This document shows positions 16,710 through 27,004 of a stretch of 33,522 bases of DNA, piece after piece; position 1 is the first letter of the stretch; each line of letters opens with the position of its first letter. The stretch is taken from assembly GCA_964229335.1 (NCBI GenBank), contig CAXRCZ010000012.1:1-33522 (forward strand), given 5' to 3'. The notes below the pieces were generated by a model, which worked only from the letters and a program-made list of their open reading frames with translations, was not told the origin of the DNA and searched no databases. This DNA comes from Minisyncoccia bacterium (GTDB lineage: Bacteria; Patescibacteriota; Minisyncoccia; Phycocordibacterales; UBA918). Both the position numbers and the translations under genes were made by a program.

Positions 16710-17978
16710 ATGGATAGATACAACCACATCAAACAGCAAGACGAAGAGGTGTATAAAGCCCTGATGGGTGAGGAGAAGCGGGAACGAGTCGGCATAGAGC
16801 TGATTCCTAGTGAGAACTACGTCTCACAAGCCGTGCTCGAAGCCAACGGTAGCATCTTCACCAACAAATATTCTGAAGGATATCCAGGAAAGCGCTACTA
16901 TGGGGGACAAGAATTTACCGACCAAGTAGAACGACTAGCGATTGAGCGAGCGTGCCAGTTATTTAATTGTAAATACGCCAATGTTCAGCCACTAGGCGGA
17001 GCCGCTGCTAATGTCGCAATGTATTTTGCACTTATGAAGCCTGGCGATACAGTCCTTGGTATGGATCTCTCACACGGCGGGCATCTGACCCACGGCCATC
17101 CTACTACCGCCATTAATCAAGTATTCAATTTTGTGCGGTACAAAATGAAAGACGTGGATACGGGAGAGATAGATTATGATCATCTACGCGAAATGGCTTT
17201 AGAGCATAAGCCAAAAATTATTTTGGCGGGCTACTCAGCCTACACACGTGAACTCGACTACGCCAAATTCAAAGCCATTGCTGATGAGGTCGGAGCATAC
17301 ACAGTAGCTGACATAGCGCACATCACGGGGTTGATTGCTGGGGGAGTACACAAAAATCCGTTTGATTACGGATTTGATGTCATGACGATGACAACTCATA
17401 AATCACTACGTGGTCCACGCGGCGGCATGATTTTGGTTCGGGAAGATAAAGAGCTTGCTAAGAAGATAGATAAAGCGGTATTCCCAGGTATGCAGGGTGG
17501 TCCGCATATGCATATAGTGGCCGCCAAGGCAGTAGCATTTAAAGAAGCGCTTGCCCCAAGCTTCAAAGATTACACCGCGCAAATCCTCAAGAATGCCAAA
17601 GCTATGGAAGCAGTATTTTTACGCGAAGGGGTGCGCTTGCTTGGCGGGGGAACCTCAAATCACATGTTGCTAGCTGATGTCTACGGCTCGCTCGGTATTA
17701 GCGGACAAGAAGCCGAAACTGTTCTCGATAGTGTTGGTATTACTCTGAATAAGAATATGATTGCTGACGAACCACGAACCGCTCTAGACCCATCAGGCAT
17801 ACGGTTTGGCACACCAGCTATGACCACTAGGGGTATGAAAGAAGCAGAAGCGACAGAGCTGGCAGAAATCATGATTGACGTGCTGCGCCAACCTAATGAT
17901 TCAGCTGTGCTAGAAGTAGCGAAAGAAAAGGTAACGACACTCGCCAACAATTTCCCAGTCCCCGTCACATTCGTCTAG
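16710..17978 (+). CDS. glyA: Serine hydroxymethyltransferase
   Basis: LIPSEN, NKYSEGYPGKRYYGG, HGGHLTHG, TTHKSLRGPRGG; ATG 16710. Confidence 0.97.
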   Translation: MDRYNHIKQQDEEVYKALMGEEKRERVGIELIPSENYVSQAVLEANGSIFTNKYSEGYPGKRYYGGQEFTDQVERLAIERACQLFNCKYANVQPLGGAAANVAMYFALMKPGDTVLGMDLSHGGHLTHGHPTTAINQVFNFVRYKMKDVDTGEIDYDHLREMALEHKPKIILAGYSAYTRELDYAKFKAIADEVGAYTVADIAHITGLIAGGVHKNPFDYGFDVMTMTTHKSLRGPRGGMILVREDKELAKKIDKAVFPGMQGGPHMHIVAAKAVAFKEALAPSFKDYTAQILKNAKAMEAVFLREGVRLLGGGTSNHMLLADVYGSLGISGQEAETVLDSVGITLNKNMIADEPRTALDPSGIRFGTPAMTTRGMKEAEATELAEIMIDVLRQPNDSAVLEVAKEKVTTLANNFPVPVTFV

Positions 17979-17992
17979 TTGTAATTTCTAAT

Positions 17993-18032
17993 AATAACTA
18001 CCGCAAAGCATAACAACTTTGCGGCAGTTATT
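17993..18032 (+). terminator. Terminator after glyA
   Basis: AATAACTACCGCAAAG...CTTTGCGGCAGTTATT. Confidence 0.65.
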
Positions 18033-18049
18033 TTGGTATGATGTAGTCA

Positions 18050-19132
18050 ATGCCAGCACCAGCTCTACAAAAAACGTACACAGTGGCCAAAGAACACTGG
18101 CTGACGGTCGGTTTTCTTTTAGGTTTTGTCACCGATGTGATTTTGTTGAATCGAGTTGATGACCTGTTTGATAATTTGATTTTGCTCTTTTACGCGCTGT
18201 TGGCGACCACATCATTGATTTTCTTTTATGTGGGAGTAGCGCAAAAGGGTGGTCAGAAACTTAACCCGTTGCTAGAGAAATACATGCCGATTATCATGCA
18301 ATACTCCTTTGGGGGGTTACTTTCAGGTATGCTGATTTTTTATGGCCGCAGTGCTGATATTTGGGTCAGCGCGCCATTCTTGTTACTCATTATAGTAGTC
18401 ATATTAGGTAACGAGTTTGTAAAAAAGCGGTCCAACAAATTGCTTTATCATCTTGGGCTCTATTTCATCGGAATATTTTCATACATTGTCTTGGTCACGC
18501 CGGTCATATTAGGAACAATGGGCGATGCTGTCTTCATACTCAGTGGTCTACTGGCAATTGTGGTGGTCACACTGGTGACAAAGTTGCTCTATAAAATCGT
18601 GCCGAATTTTATGCGCCACAATACCCGACAAGTTATTCTCACCATCGGCTTTACCTATATCGGACTAAACGTACTGTATTTCACCAACATCATTCCACCA
18701 ATCCCACTGTCACTAACTGACTTAACGATTGCCCAATCAGTCCAGCGCATGGATAGTGGAGATTATCGAGTGGTAATAGAAGAACAACCCTGGTGGCAAA
18801 TGATTCCATTTACTCGACCAGATATACATCCGACTAATGGAAGTGTCGCTTGCTTTGCTCGCGTATTTGCTCCGACCCGACTCCATACCGAGATTTATCA
18901 CCGCTGGCAGTTCAAGAACGAAGCTGGCAAGTGGGAAGAGTACACTCGACTCGGATATCCAATCCAGGGTAGTGGAGAAAAAGGTTACCGAGGTTACACT
19001 ACCATTTCTAACCTTCGAAACGGAGAATGGCGCTGTAGTGTTGAAACTAAACGCGGACAAGTCTTGGGCAGACAGAGTGTTGATGTCGACACCACAACCG
19101 CCGGTAACCAAAAAGTGACAGTTATCAAATAA
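18050..19132 (+). CDS. Membrane protein with C-terminal DUF2914-like domain
   Basis: Multiple TMs, then FAPT...IYHRW...GYRGYT...GEWRCSVET. Confidence 0.75.
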   Translation: MPAPALQKTYTVAKEHWLTVGFLLGFVTDVILLNRVDDLFDNLILLFYALLATTSLIFFYVGVAQKGGQKLNPLLEKYMPIIMQYSFGGLLSGMLIFYGRSADIWVSAPFLLLIIVVILGNEFVKKRSNKLLYHLGLYFIGIFSYIVLVTPVILGTMGDAVFILSGLLAIVVVTLVTKLLYKIVPNFMRHNTRQVILTIGFTYIGLNVLYFTNIIPPIPLSLTDLTIAQSVQRMDSGDYRVVIEEQPWWQMIPFTRPDIHPTNGSVACFARVFAPTRLHTEIYHRWQFKNEAGKWEEYTRLGYPIQGSGEKGYRGYTTISNLRNGEWRCSVETKRGQVLGRQSVDVDTTTAGNQKVTVIK

Positions 19133-19149
19133 TTCAGTATCCTCTAGTC

Positions 19150-20835
19150 ATGCAGTCAGTCTTGCAGAAAAAAATCATTGAAGCACTACAGTCACTAGAC
19201 ATCACCACTAGTGATTTTGTGGTAGATCATCCCACTGACAAAAACACTACGGCAGATTATTTTTCGAACGTGGCTATGGTGGCGGCAAAAGATTCAAAAG
19301 AATCCCCAAAAACAATCGCCGAAAAACTACAGTCAATTCTTAATGGCAGCATTCCAGAAGTGCAAAGTATAGAGATAGCTGGACCAGGTTTTATAAATTT
19401 TTATCTTACTCGCGATTTTTATACCAAGCATCTAGAGAAGGCATTGGCTTCGGGAAGAGAGTGGGGTAGAAATGACTCATGGCGGGGCAAGCAAGTGTTG
19501 GTGGAGTACACAGATCCAAATCCATTCAAGGAATTTCATATTGGACACTTGTTTACCAACGCTGTCGGAGAAAGCATTGCTCGGTTGTTTATGATGAATG
19601 GAGCGACCACCAAGCGTATCAACTATCAAGGTGACGTCGGTTTACACGTAGCAAAAGCAGTCTGGGGAATACAAAAGCTCCAAGGAATAACAAAAGCGCA
19701 AGAAGCCATGGTGTTGTCACCGAGTATTCTTGGTAAGGCGTATGCGCTTGGTGCGACTGGCTACGAAGAAGAAGAGGAAGCTCAAGCAGAAATACGCGCA
19801 ATCAACACTGCTATCTACGAGAAAAGCGATGAAGATATTAACGAGCTATATGAATTAGGTAGAAAAATCTCCCTCGATTATTTTGAGACTATTTACCAAA
19901 CCATCAACACGGAGTTTGACGAGTACTTCTTTGAGAGTGAAGCAGGGCCAAAAGGAAAAGAGTTGGTGCTACAGAATCCAGACGTATTTAGAGAGAGTGA
20001 TGGAGCCAGAATTTTTCCAGGGGAAGAACACGGTCTTCATACCAGAGTATTTCTTAATAAAGAAGGATTGCCAACCTATGAAGCCAAAGAGCTAGCTCTC
20101 GCAAAGATGAAAGAAGATAAACTCGGAGCGTATGACTTGTCGATAATTTCGACTGCCAACGAAATCACTGAATACTTCAAGGTGCTAAAAAAAGCCATGC
20201 ACTTTGTCTATCCTGAACTAGCAGAAAAAACCGAGCATATTGGCCATGGAACCGTTCGCTTATCAACTGGCAAAATGTCGTCACGCACTGGAGATGTGAT
20301 TGCAGCGACAGACTTCATTGCTGAAGTTGCCAATGCTGCTGCCGAAAAGCTAGCCGAACCGAACCAAGACTTAGCCACAGATATAGCCATTGCTGCTATA
20401 AAGTACACAACCCTGAAAAGTAATATTCTACAAGACACCGTTTTTGATAAAGACCAAGCCCTGTCTTTTGAAGGGGATTCTGGACCATATCTTCAATACA
20501 CGCACGCCAGAATTTGCTCACTACTAACTAAGGCTACTAAGGCCGATATCGGCGCCAGGCTCAACAATCCACCGAGTGATGTATATGCAGTCGAGAAGGT
20601 TGTCTATCAATTTCCAGAAGTAGTAGCCGAGGCCTTACTCGCTCGCTCACCACACAAGATAACCCAGTATCTAACCAACCTCGCTAGTGAGTTCAACAGT
20701 TTCTACGCTACCGAAAAGATTATCGATAGCGAGGACCAATACGCGCCATATAAAGCTGCAATTGCAGCGACAGTACGCCAGACACTCAAGAATGGTCTTT
20801 GGATTCTAGCTATCAAAGCTCCCGAACAGATGTGA
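19150..20835 (+). CDS. argS: Arginine--tRNA ligase
   Basis: AGPGFINF, FHIGH, KMSSR, GPYLQYTHAR. Confidence 0.97.
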   Translation: MQSVLQKKIIEALQSLDITTSDFVVDHPTDKNTTADYFSNVAMVAAKDSKESPKTIAEKLQSILNGSIPEVQSIEIAGPGFINFYLTRDFYTKHLEKALASGREWGRNDSWRGKQVLVEYTDPNPFKEFHIGHLFTNAVGESIARLFMMNGATTKRINYQGDVGLHVAKAVWGIQKLQGITKAQEAMVLSPSILGKAYALGATGYEEEEEAQAEIRAINTAIYEKSDEDINELYELGRKISLDYFETIYQTINTEFDEYFFESEAGPKGKELVLQNPDVFRESDGARIFPGEEHGLHTRVFLNKEGLPTYEAKELALAKMKEDKLGAYDLSIISTANEITEYFKVLKKAMHFVYPELAEKTEHIGHGTVRLSTGKMSSRTGDVIAATDFIAEVANAAAEKLAEPNQDLATDIAIAAIKYTTLKSNILQDTVFDKDQALSFEGDSGPYLQYTHARICSLLTKATKADIGARLNNPPSDVYAVEKVVYQFPEVVAEALLARSPHKITQYLTNLASEFNSFYATEKIIDSEDQYAPYKAAIAATVRQTLKNGLWILAIKAPEQM

Positions 20836-20839
20836 TAGA

Positions 20840-20872
20840 TAAAAGGCGGTCGACTACCTAGGCCGCCTTTTA
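20840..20872 (+). terminator. Terminator after argS
   Basis: TAAAAGGCGGTC...GGCCGCCTTTTA. Confidence 0.7.
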
Positions 20873-20950
20873 CTTTCTTTAAATAGTGCTACTATCAATA
20901 TGTGGTCTGATATACCGCTTTAATTAAATGTCTGATACACATTAAAAACT

Positions 20951-23900
20951 ATGAATAAGAAAGTACATGGTCGTGAAAACGACTCAGTGAAAGTAGAAGA
21001 GAGCGCTCCCACTAGTGAGGTGGCATTGCGAGAAGAAGCCGTGCTCAGCTATTGGCGCGAGCAAGATATTTTTAACAAAAGTATAAAACATCCTGCAGGT
21101 ATAGGATTGGAGGGAGACAAGGTGAATGGCGAAGCCGGAGAAGGTGGCCTGGGCCATTTTGTTTTTTATGATGGACCACCATTTGCGACTGGTTTGCCGC
21201 ACTACGGACATATCTTAGCCGGTACTATCAAAGATGCCATTCCACGCTTTTGGACGATGAATGGCTATCGAGTGCGCCGGCAGTGGGGATGGGATTGTCA
21301 CGGATTGCCACTAGAGAATATTGTAGAGAAAGAGTTAGGATTGGCCACCAAGCGAGACATTGAAGAGTATGGCATCAAGAATTTTAATGAAAAAGCGCGT
21401 GGCATGGTGCTACGTTACGCTGACGATTGGCGCGAAATAATCCCACGCTTTGGTCGGTTTGTAGATATGCAAAACGACTACAAAACTATGGATAGCTCAT
21501 ACACCGAAAGTGTCTGGTGGGCATTCAAACAGCTACATGAAAAAGGACTAGTATACGAAGGGTTCAAGACTATGCACCTATGTCCTCGCTGTGGCACGAC
21601 CCTATCTAACTTTGAGGTCAATCAAGGTTACAAAGATATAAAAGATATTGCTGTCACCGTAAAGCTACCACTCCTTGATGAAGCTGGAGAAGTTTCTGAT
21701 ACCAGTTTGCTCGTCTGGACCACTACTCCATGGACGTTGCCGGGGAACACAGTAGCAGCGGTTCATAATGAAATTGACTATGTCACTGTCAAAATTGTCG
21801 TTGAGGGACAAGCAGAAAAAGTAATTGTAGCTAAAAGCAGATTGTCGCAGCTGGGTAATGTTGAATATGAAATTATTGATGAATACAAAGGCGCAGCCTT
21901 AGTGGGTAAAAAATATAAACCACCGTTCCCATGGCTCACAGAAGAAGACTTCAGTGGCAAAGAAAACGCGTGGACTATCTATCACGCTGACTATGTAGAA
22001 GAGGGCGAGGAAGGCACTGGCGCCGTGCATATTGCTCCCGCCTATGGAGAAGACGACATGAATTTAGCCAAGGAGAATGATGTTCCAATCGTCCATCACG
22101 TCGATGAAAGCGGGCATTTCAAACCATTCGTGACTGACTTTGCCGGACAGCTCGTCAAACCACGCGATGATGATGCGAGTGAGGTGACTCACCTCGATGC
22201 TGATATTGAAGTTGTTAAAGCGCTTAAAGAACGAGGAGTGTTATTTAAGAAAGAAAACATCACTCACAGTTACCCGCATTGTTGGCGGTGTGAGACACCG
22301 CTTCTCAACTACGCGACCACATCGTGGTTTGTGGAAGTAACTAAGATTCGTGACCAACTCGTTAGCATCAATCAGACAGTTAACTGGGTACCCGAACACG
22401 TCGGAAAGAATCGTTTTGGCAAATGGTTGGAAGGAGCGCGTGACTGGGCGGTCAGTCGCCAGCGGTATTGGGGAGCACCGTTGCCGATTTGGAAAAATCC
22501 AGAGACAGGGGAGTATAAAGTCCTGGGTTCACTTAGTGAACTACAAGAGTATGTACCAAACCGCCAGAATAAATACTTCTTTATGCGTCATGGCGAGAGT
22601 GAATCAAATGCCAGCAACGTGGTACAAACCATCATAGATAATCCAAATGCCCTCACAGAAACAGGAAAAGAGCAGGTCAAACAAGCAGTCAAACAGCTTC
22701 GGGAGGCCGGTATAACCCGAATCATCACCTCGCCATTTGAACGTACGGTAGAAACTGCCAAGTTACTACAAGAAGAACTAGAATTACCTAACGAAGCTGT
22801 TCAGCTTGATGAAAGATTGCGAGAGATTGCCATCCCAGAACTTGAAGGTGAATCAAACACCAAGTATCGAGAATTAGTTCAAACAGGAAAAGATTGGAGC
22901 CAAGCAAAAACCGCCAATGGAGAAAGTTGGAGTGATGTGCGTAATCGAGTGGGTGATTTCTTGTACGATATCAATACACAGTACGAAAACGAAACCTTAC
23001 TAATTGTAGGACATAACGCACCACTTAGAATGGTGTCGGCCATTACCAATGGAGACAAGTTGACTGAGAAAGACTTTGATCACGACGATGAAGGAGCTCG
23101 TTATGAAAATGCCGAAGTACGCCAGATAGACTTCACGCCGCTTCCACACAACGAGCAGTATGAACTCGATTTTCACCGACCGTATATTGATGAGTTTGAA
23201 CTCTATGAAGATGGGGTTTTGTTGGAGCGAGTACCAGATGTGTTTGATTGTTGGTTTGAGAGTGGCTCTATGCCATACGCGCAACACCACTATCCGTTTG
23301 CGATGGATGAAGCTAATTTTACAAATGAGCATTTCCCAGCACAATTTATTGCCGAAGGACTTGATCAAACTCGGGGTTGGTTTTATTCAATGATGGTGCT
23401 GGGGGTAGCTCTGTTTGAGAAAAGTCCATACGAAAACGTCATCGTCAACGGGTTGGTCTTAGCCGAAGATGGCAAAAAGATGAGTAAGTCTCTTCAGAAC
23501 TACCCGGATCCCATCGAGCTGGCGAACCGCGTCGGAGCTGATTCAATTCGTTTCTACCTATTATCATCACCAATCATTAAAGGCGAAGACCTTAACTTCT
23601 CCGAAAAGGACGTCACCGAACTACAACGCAAGAATATCGGCCGGCTGCACAATGTACTCGCTATGTATGAGATGTACCAGGATGGAACAAAGGCTAACGG
23701 TGATTCAAGAAACGTTCTCGACCGCTGGATTATCACTCGTCTCAACCAGCTCATTTCTGAAGTGACTGATGGGTACAAGAATTACGAACTCGATAAAGCC
23801 ACCAGACCGATTACTGATTTTATCGATGACCTTTCGGTGTGGTATCTCCGTCGCAGTCGAGACCGGCTCAAACACGATGATTTAGACGACAAGCAAGCCA

Positions 23901-24523
23901 CGCTAGCCACCCTGCGGTATGTACTACAAAATCTGGCCAAGTGCATGGCGCCAGCGATGCCGTTTTATGCTGAACACCTATACCAAGCTGTGAAAGGCGT
24001 GACAGATGTCGAAAGTGTGCATCTTACGCGCTGGCCACAGCCAGACACTATTGATACTGAATTACTTGCTCAAATGGAGACTACCCGAGAAATTGTCACC
24101 ACTGCGCTAGAGAAGAGAACCAAGGCAGGTATTAAAGTACGACAACCAATCAAGAGCGTCAGCGGACCACAGCTACCAGAAGAGCTGCAAACGGTCATAA
24201 CCGATGAGTTGAACGCAAAAAGCTACCAAGCAGCCAATGAGGTAGCAATAGATCAAAATCTCACTCCCGAACTCCTAGCCGAAGGAGCAGTTCGAGAACT
24301 TATGCGAGCCATCCAGAGTAAGCGAAAGAATAACTCACTCGAACCAAATGACACCATTGCGCTCACCATTGAGACGAGCGAATCAGGTCAGAATGCTATC
24401 AATGAGCATCAAGCCCTTCTTACAAAAACTGTCGGCGCAGATGCAATAGAATTTACTTCTACCGAAGGAGAGACAATAGTGGCCAATGACTACGAATTCA
24501 CCTTCTCGTTTAACAAACTATAA
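20951..24523 (+). CDS. ileS: Isoleucine--tRNA ligase (type 2-like) with inserted histidine phosphatase domain
   Basis: DGPPFATGLPHYGH, GWDCHGLP, WTTTPWTLP, DQTRGWF, KMSKS; inserted RHGE domain ~22571-23130. Confidence 0.96.
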   Translation: MNKKVHGRENDSVKVEESAPTSEVALREEAVLSYWREQDIFNKSIKHPAGIGLEGDKVNGEAGEGGLGHFVFYDGPPFATGLPHYGHILAGTIKDAIPRFWTMNGYRVRRQWGWDCHGLPLENIVEKELGLATKRDIEEYGIKNFNEKARGMVLRYADDWREIIPRFGRFVDMQNDYKTMDSSYTESVWWAFKQLHEKGLVYEGFKTMHLCPRCGTTLSNFEVNQGYKDIKDIAVTVKLPLLDEAGEVSDTSLLVWTTTPWTLPGNTVAAVHNEIDYVTVKIVVEGQAEKVIVAKSRLSQLGNVEYEIIDEYKGAALVGKKYKPPFPWLTEEDFSGKENAWTIYHADYVEEGEEGTGAVHIAPAYGEDDMNLAKENDVPIVHHVDESGHFKPFVTDFAGQLVKPRDDDASEVTHLDADIEVVKALKERGVLFKKENITHSYPHCWRCETPLLNYATTSWFVEVTKIRDQLVSINQTVNWVPEHVGKNRFGKWLEGARDWAVSRQRYWGAPLPIWKNPETGEYKVLGSLSELQEYVPNRQNKYFFMRHGESESNASNVVQTIIDNPNALTETGKEQVKQAVKQLREAGITRIITSPFERTVETAKLLQEELELPNEAVQLDERLREIAIPELEGESNTKYRELVQTGKDWSQAKTANGESWSDVRNRVGDFLYDINTQYENETLLIVGHNAPLRMVSAITNGDKLTEKDFDHDDEGARYENAEVRQIDFTPLPHNEQYELDFHRPYIDEFELYEDGVLLERVPDVFDCWFESGSMPYAQHHYPFAMDEANFTNEHFPAQFIAEGLDQTRGWFYSMMVLGVALFEKSPYENVIVNGLVLAEDGKKMSKSLQNYPDPIELANRVGADSIRFYLLSSPIIKGEDLNFSEKDVTELQRKNIGRLHNVLAMYEMYQDGTKANGDSRNVLDRWIITRLNQLISEVTDGYKNYELDKATRPITDFIDDLSVWYLRRSRDRLKHDDLDDKQATLATLRYVLQNLAKCMAPAMPFYAEHLYQAVKGVTDVESVHLTRWPQPDTIDTELLAQMETTREIVTTALEKRTKAGIKVRQPIKSVSGPQLPEELQTVITDELNAKSYQAANEVAIDQNLTPELLAEGAVRELMRAIQSKRKNNSLEPNDTIALTIETSESGQNAINEHQALLTKTVGADAIEFTSTEGETIVANDYEFTFSFNKL

Positions 24524-25101
24524 TGTCATATACGACGTATACCACCCCGGCTTTGGTGTGTGGCACCTACCGCCGGAATACTGCTGATGGTAGTTACCAG
24601 CTTTTTACCGAGTCGGCTGGTATGGTGCATGCAGTAGCTCGAAGTGTGCGCGAAGAGAAGTCTAAACAACGCTACGCCCTACAAGATTTTTCGTTGGTAC
24701 GAGTGTCGTTGGTCAAAGGCAAGAGTGGTTGGCGCATCGGCAGTGTCGAAGCTAGTGAAAATTTCTATCACAATGCGACTAGCAAAGAGGCGAGGGGGAG
24801 TGTGGTTCGAATGGTCCGTTTGTTGCGGCGGTTTTGCGGCGGTGAAAATCCGCAACCTGAACTATTCGCGTACTTTATTGACGTCTTAACACAACTAAGT
24901 AAAGAGCAAGACCATCGCCAAGACATCGAAGCAATAGTCGAATTGCGGTTATTGTTATTACTTGGGTATGTAGATGCTAAAAAAGTTCCTCCACATATCA
25001 ATACCTCTGTCGAAGAAATAACCAAAGCACCACTCTCAGTCAACGATTTAACAACTATCGAACGACTGACCAAGCAAGCCGTGACGACCAGCCATCTCTA
25101 A
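24523..25101 (+). CDS. recO: DNA repair protein RecO (short)
   Basis: N-terminal OB-fold pattern FT...G.V.A.A.SVR..KSK, helical C-terminus E.RLL..LGY. Confidence 0.75.
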   Translation: MSYTTYTTPALVCGTYRRNTADGSYQLFTESAGMVHAVARSVREEKSKQRYALQDFSLVRVSLVKGKSGWRIGSVEASENFYHNATSKEARGSVVRMVRLLRRFCGGENPQPELFAYFIDVLTQLSKEQDHRQDIEAIVELRLLLLLGYVDAKKVPPHINTSVEEITKAPLSVNDLTTIERLTKQAVTTSHL

Positions 25102-25127
25102 GGTTGTAGAATGATATACTAAGCCGT

Positions 25128-26999
25128 ATGGGCGGAATTAAAGATCAGGAAAATATAGAAGAAGTACGCCGTCGGTTGTATGACCGAGGGGCTGATTTGC
25201 GTACTAATCGTCATACCATCAATAACAAAACAATAGATGTGTCTCGCGATTGGGTTACCACAGATACGACAGACAAACCCACCGAGAATGCTCCGAACTC
25301 ATCTCGTAGATACCGAAAAATTATCCTGTTTGGTAGTTTATTTATCTTTGCTCTTGTTGCTTTGGTTAGTGGGGCAGTGCTCTACATGGGAGGTAATCAA
25401 ATATCTGGAGAGAACATAGACGTCATTATAGATGGCCCTAACTCAATTCGCGGTGGTGATACTGTCGATTTACAAATTGCAGTCACCAACAACAACGCAG
25501 TGTCCATCGATTCAGCCGTGCTAATTATTAACTACCCCGAAGGAGTACGTGGAGTCGGAGAAGAGCCATCCAGTACCTATGAAAAGAGGGTCACTATTGG
25601 AGAAATTACCTCGGAAGAAACTAGAAACATTCCCCTAGAGCTCTTAGTGTACGGTGAACAGGGAGATATTAAAGAAATAGAAGCCACCGTCGAGTATCGA
25701 TTAGCTGGCTCAAATAGCTTATTTAGAAAAGACTCAGAGCCACTACGGTTTGAAATAGTCTCTTCGCCGCTACAAATCAACCTAACCGCAGTCGAAAAAG
25801 TAGCTTCCGGTCAAACAGTAAACGTTGAAATAGAAGTCATCTCAAACGTTGAGTACGATTTAGAAAATCTATTAATCACTGCCGTGTATCCAGAAGGATT
25901 CCAATTTTCTTCGGCTCAACCCTCGCCTGACTTCAATCAAAACGTTTGGCAGATAGATCGGTTACAACCAGAAGAGTCGGCTACGATTACTGTCGCCGGG
26001 ACAATCCAAGGGCTTACCAGAGAAGCTATGCGCTTGCGAGTCAATGCTGGTCCAGCTCGTCAAGACAACCAGTTCATTTTGGATACTCCTCTCAATGAAG
26101 CGTATACGGAATTCGTGATTGAACAACCATTTATCTCAGTCAATATGAGTGTTGATGGTGATGCGGATGGCTCGGTGGTGTTAGCGGCCAGAGAGGACGC
26201 TGATGTAGAGGTGTTGATTCAGAACACTCTCTCAGAAAGTGTTTACGACGTGGTGATTGAGGTGATTCCGGGTGGTACTGCTCTAGGTCGAAATTCGATT
26301 AGTAGTAACCAAGGATTTTATGATTCCAATAGCGGAGTTCTGCGATTTGATTCCACTACCAGTAACGATCTCTCGCAACTTCTCCCCGGAGCCACCCGTC
26401 GCGTGGACTTCACCATTTCTCCAACCACTAGTGTCGGTACTACCGCCTTTGATGTAGTAGTCAATGCGTATGCTAGACGAGTAGCCGAGAGTAACGCGCA
26501 AGAGCAACTAATTGGTACCACTAAACTAGAAGCTCGCTATTCTTCCAATGTCGGCATTACCAACTCAGTCGAGCGAATGTCCGGCCCTGTGCCCCCAGTT
26601 GTCGGAGAGTCTACTCGATATCTCGTGTCACTGACCGCGGAAGCGGGGTCTAATAATGTCACAAATGCCGAAGTCACGGCTAGTCTACCTAGTTATGTCA
26701 CTTGGCTGGATGAACAGACCGCTGGTGGAAATTTATCGTACAATCCAACCAATAAAACCTTGACCTGGCAGGCTGGTAATATAAACTCAGGACAGCAAAA
26801 GAAACTCACCTTTGCGGTGGAAATCGTCCCTAGCTCTTCCCAGCAATCCACCGTACCAACCCTAGTAACCAGTCAAAGTATTCAAGCCACTGATAGATTT
26901 ACCGGCACCCAGCTGCGAGCGAACGCTGCTAAAGTTACGACCGAATTACCAAGTGATAGTGGATTTGACGAAGGGAACGGACGAGTGCAAAGTAACTAA
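25128..26999 (+). CDS. Single-TM extracellular protein with tandem Ig-like (DUF11-like) beta domains
   Basis: One TM, beta-rich repeats (YPEGF.F.SA.P, W.I..L, LTW.AG.I). Confidence 0.65.
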   Translation: MGGIKDQENIEEVRRRLYDRGADLRTNRHTINNKTIDVSRDWVTTDTTDKPTENAPNSSRRYRKIILFGSLFIFALVALVSGAVLYMGGNQISGENIDVIIDGPNSIRGGDTVDLQIAVTNNNAVSIDSAVLIINYPEGVRGVGEEPSSTYEKRVTIGEITSEETRNIPLELLVYGEQGDIKEIEATVEYRLAGSNSLFRKDSEPLRFEIVSSPLQINLTAVEKVASGQTVNVEIEVISNVEYDLENLLITAVYPEGFQFSSAQPSPDFNQNVWQIDRLQPEESATITVAGTIQGLTREAMRLRVNAGPARQDNQFILDTPLNEAYTEFVIEQPFISVNMSVDGDADGSVVLAAREDADVEVLIQNTLSESVYDVVIEVIPGGTALGRNSISSNQGFYDSNSGVLRFDSTTSNDLSQLLPGATRRVDFTISPTTSVGTTAFDVVVNAYARRVAESNAQEQLIGTTKLEARYSSNVGITNSVERMSGPVPPVVGESTRYLVSLTAEAGSNNVTNAEVTASLPSYVTWLDEQTAGGNLSYNPTNKTLTWQAGNINSGQQKKLTFAVEIVPSSSQQSTVPTLVTSQSIQATDRFTGTQLRANAAKVTTELPSDSGFDEGNGRVQSN

Positions 27000-27004
27000 C
27001 AAAC

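Noticed and set aside
22571-23133. Intein in ileS
   Set aside because: No Cys/Ser start, His-Asn end or LAGLIDADG motifs; it is a phosphatase domain.
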